From: Octopus vulgaris
Lineage: Eukaryota
Length of the DNA: 64,000 nucleotides
Assembly (NCBI GenBank): GCA_951406725.2
Contig: OX597820.1
Location: forward strand, 89,590,001 to 89,654,000
Direction of reading: 5' to 3'
Shown: piece by piece, positions 25,103 through 39,560 of the stretch
How positions within the stretch are numbered: the stretch's first letter is position 1
Layout of the letters: every line of letters starts with the position of its first letter
Translations under genes and position numbers: made by a program
Notes under the pieces: generated by a model
Database searches by the model: none
What the model was told of the DNA's origin: nothing
Seen by the model: only the letters and a program-made list of their open reading frames with translations

Positions 25103-26714
25103 ATATATATATATAACATTTTTCTTTCACCACTTTTAATATTATATATTCGAACCAGCAGAGTCGTGCTTGACATACAGAAATAATAACGCATTCTTGG
25201 AATTATATCTCCCATCATAAAAACAGAATCTTTGATAAAATAGGTCTAGATATGCTAGAAAAAAATTGGGGTATCAAGTTAAAATGCCTTCGTTCTTGAT
25301 AAGCCTTTGGCGATCGAGGCGATCGAGGTTGATCTAAGGTTAACCACCAACAGCAGCAGCTACTTCAGTCGTTCAAGAATTTGGACCTGGAGATCTCCAT
25401 TTCTAGCGACTTCGAGGGCCACCTCCCAGTGGTGTCGGGTGTCAACGAAGAGCCCTCGACTACAACAAGACGACCAAAGTTTTTTTTTCCAAGGTCTGGG
25501 GTTTCCCGCCCCGAAGCCCTAGACCATCACCTAATCACCCTTACCCATCTTGTTGCTTAACAACAACATCAGTTACATCAAAACAGTAACAAAAAGAATA
25601 AGAGCTATTCTATATTTAATAATAGTTATCAATCGTGTAAGTTGTAATATTATGTAAAGTTTTACTCTATACATAAGAGTATCAATTTTTTAAAAATAAA
25701 CAGGAGAAACAGAATTGTGATTCGAATAATATCTTTCAATGTTTTACAAACTTATGTAAATTTATTATAGAGTATAAGCTCATTGCAATAAAAGATTCGC
25801 AATTTTGATTATTTTCGCTGCTATTATCATTATAAACAAACAAATAGACGTAAGAGCGGTGATTAGGGAGATCTATTAGATGTTAGTTAACATTATTGTT
25901 TGGATAAGTGAAGGAAAGGACAACTCCGAAGATATAGGATTATTTGGCGTCATCGCTAGAGGTATAATCTTCGACATCGCTTCTTGGCACGATAGCAACC
26001 AGCTTGCTATGTAGAATGTTCATAAAATATTAAATAATCTATAAATATATTGTTGTTTGATAAACCCAAATAAAATGAAAATGTAGCTGTTTGTGATCGC
26101 TTAAGCATTTTATAACATATGGAGATGATCTATCACATATTTAGCAAGTAATTTAACCGATAAATTATCATATATTTTGTGAGTGAACAGATTTTAGATA
26201 ATACTGAAGAATTATTATACGTAATAAACTCATGTATCTACTAATTTTATGACATGGTTTTATCTTCAGAAGCTAATGAAATATCGAATGAATATTTAAT
26301 GAATCAACAACTTAATTGCCTCTGTTGCACTCGCTGTTTCAACTTTCGATTTCTCTGTTGTGTTTCACTCACCAGAACTCGAGATGAATGCTTCATCGAT
26401 CCTACTCAGAGATCTACGCACTCTGCGACTCTCACGCATCCCAAATCTTTACTGTAGCTGTTGAAAGTAAACAACTGTATAAATCTCTACAACACCCGGA
26501 TATTACAAGTACTTGGAGATCGCTTACTGTTCTTACTGTTTAGATGGCAAATAGTTTTATACTAAGTATTTATATGTATGAAAAATATAAAATATACAGA
26601 TACGTCTTCTTAGAATGAGTGTTTTCGTGTTGTAGTTTAAGTGGAAATATATTGGTATACGCATTCTGAAGATGAATCCGACATACTTAAGATATATAAA
26701 CATATAGCACATAA

Positions 26715-27020
26715 GTGACAGAATTTGAACTAAAAAGAAAGACGGACGAAATGCCGCTAAGTTTTTGCCTGGCGTACGAACAATTCTGCCAGTTATCCTC
26801 CTTAAAGCAGAACTTAATATTGATTTCAAATTTTGGCACAAGACCAGTAATTTCGGGGTAGGAAGTAAGTCGATTACACAGCATGCAACCGTTACTTATT
26901 TTATCGACCCCGAAATGATGAAAGGTAAAGTCCACCTCGGCGGTCTTTGAACTCAGAACATAAAAAGAGATGAAATGCCGATAAGCGTGTTAACGATTCT
27001 GACTATGCGTCGCCTTTAGA
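26715..27020 (-). mobile_element. Two tandem family A SINE copies
   Basis: gacgaaatgccgctaag; ttttatcgaccccgaaatgatgaaagg. Confidence 0.8.
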
Positions 27021-27254
27021 GCAGGATATAACATTGGTGACGAAATATTACGGAGAGACGAGAGAGGCAATAGACCTCTTACACAAGTCAATTATAAAAT
27101 CAATGAAACAATACAAATGAGGCACCAAGTCTCTTACTTTAGTTAGTTACAAATCTTCCTGCCCGGCTAGACTTCTCCCCTTAGTCAAACACCTGGACGG
27201 TGTCAAGTCGGGCCGCTTTAATAGGTAGCTTCTTACCTCACCGCCACTTCTGCG

Positions 27255-27313
<59 letters not shown>

Positions 27314-28704
27314 GTATGTACATGCATATACAGACAAACAATCAGTTGTATACGTATATCTTTCACCGATTCAATGTAAGCATTTGCAAGTAAAACAGAA
27401 AATGTCGTGTGTTCGTCGAACTAATTTTTTGTGATATTTTCCTTGTGCTGATTTACTGACACTCCATTGCCATCAGAAATATAGTGAGCCTGTGATTGAC
27501 TTGCGGAAATCTGGAGCCATCGAATATCTAGGTGACAAAAAAAAAACAAAAAACAAAAACAAAGAACAAATAAATGTTTTCGAAACGCATATAACTATAA
27601 TCTCTATGCATTGTTTTGATTCATAAAAAATATATTCTGTAGGCCAAAGAATACTGAATATGTATGAATATGAATTCATTTTTATAAACAGCTACTTATC
27701 ATTGATACAAAACAACAACGACAACAACACAAAATCTCCACTTATTATATGTTGAAGATAACTGAATAAAATGTAATATCTTTACAAGAGTTAAACAGCA
27801 TCATACCTATTCATGAATTACATTTGACTTCTATAAAAATGCATTATTCACTAAGATATAGTTTTATTAAATTATACTAGCTATAATTACATTTTCCAAA
27901 ATAACCACTTTGTATAGTGTTTTAAAATTGTGAACATATTTACACAAAAAATATCATATTTAATTTGAAAGTATTTTACGTATAAAAAACAGAAGATGAG
28001 TTAGTTGAGATTTTCAAAAGCAAAATGTCTACTACAAATTCAAGAAAGAAAAATGAAAAAGATTTGAAAAAACGATTATTTGAATTTTTAGACTAAAATA
28101 ACAACTTTCTTAATTAAGGGTACATTTTTTTAAAAATAAATTATGAACAAGTGTTATTCAGAATTATTTACTGAAAGAAAAGACAACAGCCCGTTTATAT
28201 ACTGAAAGAGAGTGGCTGGTGAAATAGTGGAGAGAGGCACATATAGAGAAATACAATAGAGGTGTGAAACACAGAGGCTACAAGACTCACGCACAGACAA
28301 ATATATACAGAATTAGACTTATAATAGAATGATACTGCAAAGATATACAGATAACTTCTTATCTGTATTTATTATTTATAAATGCATACGCTCACATAAA
28401 TATTAACGTATCTTTATATAGACTTATTATGTGTAAGTTTAGGGTGTGTGATTATGTGTGTATATATATTTATGTTTATGCAAGCGAGAGATAAAGTAGT
28501 AAGTAAATATTGTAGAGTTCATTTATTCAGGAGAAACTGATGATTCATTCCATCACCACTGAGATATTTCTGTATGTGTGATCTTTAAGTCAACAACGAT
28601 ATTTTGATATTTTTGTCGCTTTAAAATTGCAAGTAGTGAGAAACTCTGAGTAGCAGCAAAGATCTTCCAAATTACGCAGACATACACATACGTCATATAC
28701 ATAC

Positions 28705-29515
<811 letters not shown>

Positions 29516-29534
29516 ATTATCTTCCTCATCTTTT

Positions 29535-29850
29535 AATCTTTTTTTTATTTCAGTCCTTTGGAAGAGGCCATGCTGGGGCATCGTCGTCGACAATTTTTTA
29601 GGGGAACGAATCAAACTCAGCACTGATTTTTTAAAAGTGTCTGCTACTTATTCTCTGGGTCTTTTTTTCTTTGCCGAACCGCTAGATTAAAGGGACATAG
29701 ATACACCAACAACCGTTGTCAAGCAGTGGTGGGAAACACACACACACATACAAATATATATATATATACAATGGGCTTCTTTCAGGTTTCGTCTATCATA
29801 TTCATTCACAAGGCTTTGGTCGACCCGAGGTTATAGTAGGATGTACTTGA
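29535..29850 (-). mobile_element. SINE family B, diverged
   Basis: ggccatgctggggc...ttgccgaaccgcta...cacaaggctttggtcgacccgagg. Confidence 0.8.
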
Positions 29851-30029
29851 GGAAGCATGCTTCTTGTGCACACACATACATATGTGTGTTTAATTATGCG
29901 CTTGTGTGTGCGTATGCAACAGAACATGCAGGTCTTTTCGGAGTATTCTTGCTCATTTTCATGATTCTGATATTGAAAATTTTTTTATTGCGGATTTTTG
30001 AATAAACATGTGTCGACGTTACAAGGAAA

Positions 30030-31145
30030 ATGGAGAAAACTGAGTATCGTGCTGTCATAAAGTACTTTCATTTGAAAGGCATGACTCCATCAGAAATCCA
30101 AGAAGATATAGTGAGAATCTTAACACAATGCTCCTTCATACGTAGCAGTCAAACGCTGGGTAAATGAATTTCAGCGTGACAAGGAGAGTGTGGAAGATGA
30201 CCCCAGACCAGGGAGAGCTCCAACTGCAACCACCGAGCATTGACCTTGCTCTTGGTATGATAATGCAAGATCATCGAATATCATGTCATCAGATAGCTGA
30301 GAGACTGTGCATCTCAACTGAAAGAGCAGACAACATTGTGACAAAAGAACTTGGGTTCTCAAAGGTTTCTGCAATGTTGGTCCCTCGCCTTTTCCCTTCT
30401 GAACAGACGCACAAGGTGCACTTTGTCCACGAGCAATTTGGAACTGTTTGAAGCCGATGAAGAAAATTTTCTTGCTCGTTTCATTACTATGGACGAAAGT
30501 TGGGTTCATTACTACCAGCTTGAAACCAAAGAACAACAAAACAGTGGAAGCACACATCTTCTCCTACCCCAAAGAAGGCCAGGGTCATTCCTTCAGCTGA
30601 CAAGGTCATGACGTCAGTGTTTTTGGATTCTGAAGGTGTCTTGCTGACCGATTATCTTGAAAAGGGTCACACCGTGACAAAGTTGTATTATTCTCAACTA
30701 TTGAAACGCCCGCGAGAAGCAATCGAAGAAAACAGGCCGGGAATGCTCACCAGGGGAGTCCTTTTTCATCACGACAATGGTCCAGCCCACACCTCAGTAG
30801 TTGCCATGGCAACAATTCGTGATTGTGGATACGAACTTGTTCCCCATCCACCTTATTCGCCAGACTTAACCCCTTCTGACTTTCACCTATTCCCCAAAAT
30901 GAAAAAAGCCCTGGCTGGTCGCCATTTTGCCAGTGAAAATGACGTCATAGACACTGTAGGAAGTTTCTTGGAGTCTGAAACAAAAGAGTTCCTCTATGCC
31001 GGTATAATGGCGCTTCGGTACCGCTGGAGAAAGTGTTCAGCCTCGCGGGTGGGGTGGGGGACTATTTTCAAAAATAAATCATCAGAAGTCTTGTACTATG
31101 TTTTGTTTTTTTTTGAGGCTCAAGACTTTTCATACACCCCTCGTA
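30030..31145 (+). mobile_element. Mariner (DD34D) transposon with frameshifted transposase; right terminus present, left TIR not found
   Basis: MEKTEYRAVIKYFHLKG start at 30030; ITMDESWVHYY, FHHDNGPAH, HPPYSPDLTPSDFHLF with 34 residues between the last two Asp; terminus ...catacacccctcg-TA. Confidence 0.92.
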
Positions 31146-32220
31146 TTCTCCACATTGTGTAAATGATGAACTGCTCGTGGCGGCGCTGGAGAGAGTAGAG
31201 TTTCAAGACTTTATCGTGATCCCAGTAATCGAGATCAGTCATGCCCTTCATTTGTTTAGTGAATGTTCTCTGGGGTGATTCAGTTTTCAAGATGTTTTGT
31301 TTTGTATGGGGCACCACGGGTGGCAGCTGTATTCAGGGTATGGCCGTACATAGGAGGAGAAAAGTGGAATGAGGACACCTTGTTCTCTGGACCGGAAGGT
31401 TCTTAAGTTCCAGGAGCCCATCCTATGAGCTATATCCACTTTATTGTTGATGTGGGCACTCCAACTGAGATTGTTATCAACAAATACTCCTAGGTCTCTG
31501 AAAATATTAGATGCTGTGAGCGGTTCCCCTGAAGGAAGAGAGTACGGCTGTTTTAGTATAGTCTTTCTTCCAAAATGCAAAAGATCAAATTTTCCCTCAT
31601 TTAGTTGCATTTTGCTTTTGTCTGCTCATTGACTCACCTCATATAAGACAGACTGGAGTTGAGTTCGGTCTTCTTTGATGATTTTCTGGCGCGTACTGTC
31701 ATCAGCAAATATTTTCACTTTGTAATGTTTTACGACGCTGGAAAGGTCGTTTATATATATTTTAAAGAGGAGCGGGCCCAAGATAGTTACCTATGGGAGA
31801 CCGCTGGTGAATTTTGCTGGGCGTGAGTGGACTCCATCGACCACAACATGTGTTCTATTCGACAGGAGATACTCAATCCAGTGTAGACGTTTTCCACGGA
31901 TTCCAGCATTTGCCAATTTTGAGATTTAGATATGGTCAACCCCGTCGAACGCTTTACTGAAGTCAAGATATATGACATCAGATTCCGAACTTGTTTCCAA
32001 GGATTTAAGTATATCCTCAATGCAGGATAAGAGCTGTGTTACACAGTCCCTGCCACAGCGAAAGCCATGATCATTTACATTTAGGAGTGTGTGAATCTCC
32101 AGGAAGCCAGCTATCCTTGATCTTACCACTCTTTAAAACACTTTAATGACGTGGGAGGTGAGTGAGATTGAGCGATAGTTGACTGCGAGGGATCTGTTTC
32201 CCTGTTTGAAAACCGGTGTA
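31146..32220 (-). mobile_element. CR1-group LINE RT fragment (pseudogenised)
   Basis: PVFKQGNRSLAVNYRSISLTS, HGFRCGRDCVTQLL, DVIYLDFSKAFDGVDH, FADD (~31697-31710), DLGVFVDNNLSW, LKLYSLQRR. Confidence 0.9.
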
Positions 32221-32651
32221 TTTATACACACACACACACACATATGTGTGTGTGTGTCTATGTGTACATGCGTATATATACGTACATATGTATATTTATG
32301 TGTATATATATATGTATATATAGATAAGTATATATATATATATGTATCTATATATGTAATATATATATATATAGATACATATGTATCTATATATATAGAC
32401 ATATATAGATATATATAGATATATATAAATAGATATGTAGTAAATATAGACATATATACGTATATCTATGTAGATATAGATAGAAATATACATACATATA
32501 TATAAATTACAGTGTACATTTAAACACATAAGGAATCCACTCATGGGATTCAACACGCTAGAAAGAACAGCTAGGTTCTATAACCACAAAATTAGGGATA
32601 ACATTCGACAGGAACGAAATGAAAAAATAAAAACATTTTACCATCTAGTTT

Positions 32652-32728
32652 CCTGGACCAATTGGTTTCTGATTTTAGTTTAGCAAGTAAATAACATTTA
32701 CCCTGTAGGTGAAATCGTCCTCGACAGG
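32652..32728 (-). ncRNA. Type I hammerhead motif with variant core
   Basis: Minus: cctg-TCGAGGA-(c)gattt...aaatc(a)-GAAA-c-caattg-GTC-cagg, with palindromic stem III accaattggt. Confidence 0.55.
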
Positions 32729-33199
32729 TACACCCTGGGTTAAATATATAAACACGAGGCGATCAAACTATGTGCATCTTGTTTATACATCCTAATTTTT
32801 TCAGAATCTACTGCGCAGACACAGCCCTACGCCGGCAATAAAAAAATGCCAACTTTTAAAAACCGAAAATTATCCAAAAACTTACAATACATAATCATAT
32901 CAAAGGGAAATGGAAATTAATTAAAATTTTCATTTCCAGTGGCCTAACGTGTAAGAATTTAGTCCAAAGAATATGTATTAGTCATAAAATACAGTGTACA
33001 TTTAAACACATAAGGGATCTACTCGTGGTTCCTGTCGAATTTTATCCCTAATTTTCTCGTTATAAAACCTAGCTGTTCTTTCTAGCGTGTTGAATACCAC
33101 AAGTGGATTCCTTATGTATTTATCGCTCTGACACTGAGTTGAGATAATGCCTTCTAGTATCTCAAAATTTAATATACAATTATTCATAATTGTAGTATA

Positions 33200-33290
33200 C
33201 TGCGCCGATGAGAAAAGAAGTTTGGGTAAGGTAGAATTTTCTAATTCTTATGCTTTCCTAAAACTTGATTTCGAAACGTACGTCCGTAGG
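33200..33290 (+). ncRNA. Type I hammerhead ribozyme, copy 1
   Basis: ctgcg-CCGATGA (33205-11), long stem II, GAAA (33273-76), palindromic acgtacgt stem III, GTC 33282-84, cgtag closes stem I. Confidence 0.75.
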
Positions 33291-33785
33291 TAACTTAAAA
33301 TTGTATGATAGATTGCCGTCATTTCATTCTTTCTTTCTTACCTGTCTGTGTTTGCCTTTCAAGTGCTGTGTTTTTACTGAGATCCCCCTTTTAGTAGAAG
33401 GAATAGCTATATCTCTTTGACTGCCATTTCTAAATTCGGTGTGTTGGTGAGGCAATTCGTTGCTAAACCCTTAATTACTTAGTATTACTTAAATTTTCCT
33501 CGAATGGGGCTTTTACATGCCGAAATCTACTTGGTGTAATTGATAATTATTCCAAATTAATTAATTTCACCTTTATTGCTACTGGTAACCATATTTTATC
33601 CCAGTAAATGACCACAGCATTTTGTCTTGGCTACACGCGGGTGGAAGGGGGCTGGTGACACAAACTTTCATTCACACTTTGAATTTCGTGGTACTGGTCA
33701 TGCTTTGGCTCGCTCTGACACTGAGTTGAGATAATGCCTTCTAGTATCTCAAAATTTAATATACAATTATTCATAATTGTAGTAT

Positions 33786-33877
33786 CCTGCGCCGATGAGT
33801 AAAGAAGTTTGGGTAAGGTAGAATTTTCTAATTCTTATGCTTTCCTAAAACTTGATTTCGAAACGTACGTCCGTAGG
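33786..33877 (+). ncRNA. Type I hammerhead ribozyme, copy 2
   Basis: cctgcg/cgtagg 6-bp stem I, CCGATGA 33792-98, GAAA 33860-63, GTC 33869-71. Confidence 0.75.
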
Positions 33878-34068
33878 TAACTTAAAATTGTATGATAGAT
33901 TGCCGTCATTTCATTCTTTCTTTCTTACCTGTCTGTGTTTGCCTTTCAAGTGCTGTGTTTTTACTGAGATCCCCCTTTTAGTAGAAGGAATAGCTATATC
34001 TCTTTGACTGCTATTTCTAAATTCGGTGTGTTGGTGAGGCAATTCGTTGCTAAACCCTTAATTACTTA

Positions 34069-34125
<57 letters not shown>

Positions 34126-35149
34126 CATGTATGTATGTATGTATGTATGTATGTATGTATGTATGTATGTATGTATGTATATATTGAAGAAATAAATGGT
34201 ATAATTATCCACTTTATGCGGCTCAAACAATTAACACTAAGTGAGCTGCAAGAATATATAATTAAGGAGAGAAACAAATTTCAAAGGTCGGTGTATATAT
34301 TCATTCAATCCATTTGAAATTATTGAAATTGTCCACAGTATACAATATACGTAGATGCGTTCGCATATATGAGATATATGATAAAAAATTTATAATAATT
34401 TATAAACATATATACAAACGATGATTTATGAATATATAACAATTCATAAAAGTAAAGAAACTTAGAAACACATTAATATAAATAAATAGATGTACGTTCG
34501 AAGTCCGAAAGTCAGTATTTGAAATTCTTCCCACAAAATTATTAGCGTATATGATCCTAATCTAACCATCATTTATATTATAGGCACTTCTTAAAATACT
34601 GTTATAATAGCGTCGTAATATACCTTTACTTGTTATTTTATTTTTAATTATAACATCTGCATGAAGAGTATTTCGACTAAACATTCGTTTTTAAATATTC
34701 TCAAACCTCTCATATCTCTTAAAATTTTAACTCTTTCAATCCCACATTTCTGATATGAGAAAAGTATAGATAACTGCTATGGTTGGAACTAGCTACCTGT
34801 ATCAGATTTTGTACCCATTCAGGAGTACTCATGAATAATTTTATACTAACTCATTGAGTCTAATACGGACATTTGTACTTCGCATGTACATTTATGTAAT
34901 GTATACTTATGTGTTTAAATATTCATGAATTTTTGTGTGTTTGTAATTTTTTTTATATATCTATGAATTTTTATATATTTATAAATCTTCGTATGTATAT
35001 ATGTTTATTAATTCTTATAAATTTTTATCATATCTCATATGTCATACATCATATCTCAAATATTGTATACTGTAGAGAATTTCGATAATTTTAAATGGAT
35101 TCAATGAATATGTACACAAACCTTTGAAATTTGTTTCTCTCCTACTAAA

Positions 35150-35545
<396 letters not shown>

Positions 35546-36469
35546 TAATGGAGAAAGCTGCGTATTCATTAGGAACGTAACAGTTATTAAAAGAAAGCAA
35601 TTATTATTGGAAATTTTTTTATAAATTCATATTCTAAAACAATTCCTGTAATTTTGATTTCTGAAATTTATTGAATATTTGAGCTACATTTTTTCACAAA
35701 TTTAAATTTTCGTAGCATGTACTGCGGAGTAGATTTAATAAACAATATTAATTCGTTTAAGGCGAAATTTTCTGGTTTTATTTGTAACAGTCTCTTACTC
35801 TCTCTCTCTCATCTCTATTTTCATTAATGATAATTTAATATATATTAATTTCAATGTTTTGATTTCAAGGTTTAATTTATTATTCGAAAAAACCCACAGT
35901 TTATTCTATATAAATAATGTAAAAAATATTTATTGAATGAATGAACGCTATTAGACAAAATAGCTATATAACTTTGAGGTTTAATTTTGGTAAGAAGAAA
36001 AAATTTTAATATAGAAAGAAATTAAGTGATTTTGTTGGTATGACTGTTTGGAAGGCTATATAAGCCTTACAGTAAACTATGTGATCGCTGCTATTTCTAG
36101 CACGCTAAACGTGGCTAGGTTATCTTGAATTTTAAAAAAATTACAGTTATATTACAACCACGATAAATTACCGAAAGAAATATTTACTAAGCAAATGAGA
36201 ATTTCTTATAAATTGAAGTTTTCAGGAAAATTTACTTTCTGAATTTCCTTTTATTATTGAATATTTCAAGTTCACAAATTTAATTATTCAGTGCAAGATA
36301 GTTTGGCATTCTTTCGTTTGAACCCGCACACTTAATTTCCGTAAAATGTTTTTATTTATTTAATTTTTGCGCGTCGTGTTCAGCTCTATGTATTTGTAGT
36401 CAGTCACCTACGCACAGGTGTGTTTTTTATGTGCGTTTGTATACATTTATGTATGTGTGTGTTTGTGTA

Positions 36470-36524
<55 letters not shown>

Positions 36525-37038
36525 GTGTGTGTGTGTGAGAGTGACTGAACAGGCGTGTTGTCATGAATACGTACATACATAAATACATATGCACAAATCT
36601 TATTTGTATGCTTGTGTTCGTGTGTGTATGTGAGACAGAGAATGCAAATGATGTCTAAGTGACACTCACCCTCTCTGTCTCTCTGTCTCTCTGTCTATCT
36701 CTGTCTCTCTCTCTGACACATACACACAAACACCCACACATACGTCCATTTCATATACACGTACATACATCTTTCACTTTATCCTCTCTTTCACTTTAAA
36801 ACAAAAGTAAATAAATAAAAAAACTTACGAAAATCAACGAACAGAACCAGCTGTTCATTTTGGTGTTCCTGAGGGTTCAACCGAAAGAATGGCGATAGTG
36901 TTTAACGATCTTTTATTCACACGATTTTTTCATTTCCTGTTTATTTCATTCATTATTTGCAATGTTATCTCTTCCCCTCACATATACACACATATACTCT
37001 GTCCTTCTAATATAAACACACACACTGTCTTTGTAATA

Positions 37039-37089
<51 letters not shown>

Positions 37090-37525
37090 CGGGTTGGACT
37101 AGCAGAAACCGCTATATATAAAAATATGAGGGGTTTAGTTCACTGGTGATCTAATCGAATAGGTATGATGAGTAAGTGCTATAATTGGTCATCCATTAGG
37201 TTCCAAGTTCACAGGTGAGGCTGGAGCTAGGGATTAATTTTAGGCTTCCATGTCAGCAGGTATATATTAGAGGTAAAGGACTTTGATTTTTATTGTCCTT
37301 TTCCTCATATATATCTATATATTGGAAGGTTTGGAGATGATGTACAGATATTTTATATATATATATATATAAATAAATAGATGAGTGTATTTTTCCCTTG
37401 TTAACAATTAAGACGGAAAAAACACATAAATAGTTACTAGGGTAGCAAAAATCACACAAGTAAAGAGGTTGTAACTCCTTGTTTTTAAAGGTAGAAACTT
37501 CGGGTATATACCTTCGTTAAACTCC

Positions 37526-37561
<36 letters not shown>

Positions 37562-38324
37562 GTAGGTGCACGAACACTAACGGTAACAGGTACTTGTATA
37601 AGCAGTTTGAAATATTATGACCAAGTGAACATCAATCCTTGATCTAATCTAAACTGTTAACTCCCTAATGGAAATCGATCTCTGTAATTATCGTTGACTG
37701 GACTTACTGCTTTAATAACTATACACAAATCAAATATAAATCTATCATCGTTATCCGCTCCAGCCTCCGGCACATTCTTACCGGTTTTATAAGTAAATTA
37801 TTTGCAACGAAGCAATGCATTGAGTCAATCTTTTGTTAATACTTAATATCATAAGATATCGCAGCTTGATTCAATGTTTCAGTTAAAAGAAAATTATCAA
37901 TTTAGCGCTTAGAGCATTGATATAAACTATATGAAGCAATTATGCTAATGTAATAAACAGCATGAGGTTTGTTAATTAGTAATTTATTCATATTATTTGA
38001 GATCAATTTGCACCAAAACATCGGATCAAGTTTTGATAAATTGCTATGTTATACAAAATAATATATCTGAAGTTGCTCAGCGTTATGTGGTTTATAAAGG
38101 AATCATGAAATTGGGATAGTGGAAGTGCTTAGTGCAGTTATTTCATTGCGTTTGTGTTGTAATTAATTGCGTTTGCTGTGGTGTACTCAGATGAACTGTG
38201 TGTTGTGGAATTTCGTTAGGATATTCCTCTTAGTACTTTGGCCGAGAATAGCATAATAGGGCAAACTTATTTTCAAAAATGTTTCGGACAGGATCATATT
38301 GTCTTTGTATTTTCAAATAGTCTC

Positions 38325-38535
<211 letters not shown>

Positions 38536-38788
38536 ATTCTGCTAGGACTACCTGCTACGAACCCTGCACAAGAGTAAAAAAGAGAGACAGACAGACAGAA
38601 AAAAAAGAAAATGTCCCTTGCATTTGAAAACTATGGAAATATTAAAAAAAAATTTCATCTAATTTTTCCACAATTTAATACTTTTTCCCGCTTTACTTTA
38701 AGTTGAAAAACTCGCAAAGTCTGAAACCGGTACTAAAATGTTCTTCATGATAAAATTATTTTGGCATTTTCTACCTTGTCAAATTTTA

Positions 38789-38827
<39 letters not shown>

Positions 38828-38829
<2 letters not shown>

Positions 38830-38965
38830 TTTTACTCTTTTACTTGTTTCAGTCAATTGACTGCGGCCATGCTGGAGCACCACCTTTAGTCGAGCAAATC
38901 GACCCCAGGATTTATTCTTTTTTGTAAGCCCAGTACTTATTCTATCGGTCTCTTTTGCCGAACCA
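38828..38965 (-). mobile_element. SINE family B, 3' fragment
   Basis: cttttactcttttacttgtttcagtc...gcggccatgctggagcacc. Confidence 0.85.
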
Positions 38966-38999
38966 CAATAAATACGTTGACAGGGTAGATAACCGCCGT

Positions 39000-39560
39000 A
39001 CAGCGAGCGTGGTCACCATAGTAGCAGATTAGTTTCGCTAGAAATTAAAGCTCACCAGGAGTGAACACTCCATCGCTGATGGGTAAGCTGAAACCTACTT
39101 GTCAGTATATAGTAATTACCATATCAATCACTGGCTGATTCAGCAAAATGGCATTGTGAACATTATAAAATAACTAAATTGGCTAGACGCAATATCGAAT
39201 AAAAAATTTCGATTGTTACTTATAGTGTCCATTATAGCCACAGAAAACAGAGTGTCTATGCTATGAGTGGGGAGATAATATATGAACTGTTGATTTAAAG
39301 GAACTCCAAGACCATGTTTCTTAAAAATTTCTCCGAGCATTTTTTGAAACATTAACTGTTTCAAAACATCAACTTCATCAGATTATTTTCTTTTAAGTTC
39401 CATGCATTGTCTAAGTTTAAATTTTACTAGCAATCTGTCTTTTGCATGTTCATATTCCGAAACTAACTTTTTTGTTTTATTGTAACTTAGGAGAATCAGT
39501 GAGTGTTTCCACATAAAAGGAAGAATTATCCAACGGAATGCATTTGATAAATTGTCATCC
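39000..39560 (-). mobile_element. Possible heavily decayed Penelope-like fragment
   Basis: Minus translations WIILPFM and LGEIFKKHGLGV resemble the PLE RT-to-endonuclease linker; hammerhead-like remnant at 39032-39058. Confidence 0.35.

Larger units (their letters stand above)
33123..34072 (+). repeat. 363-bp direct repeats (33123-33485, 33710-34072; period 587 bp), PLE pseudo-LTR or retrozyme-like
   Basis: Copies differ at only ~3 positions by eye; each contains a hammerhead; the second ends in (TA)n. Confidence 0.9.

Noticed and set aside
27035-27258. Possible solo LTR fragment
   Set aside because: No second LTR, primer-binding site or target-site duplication visible.
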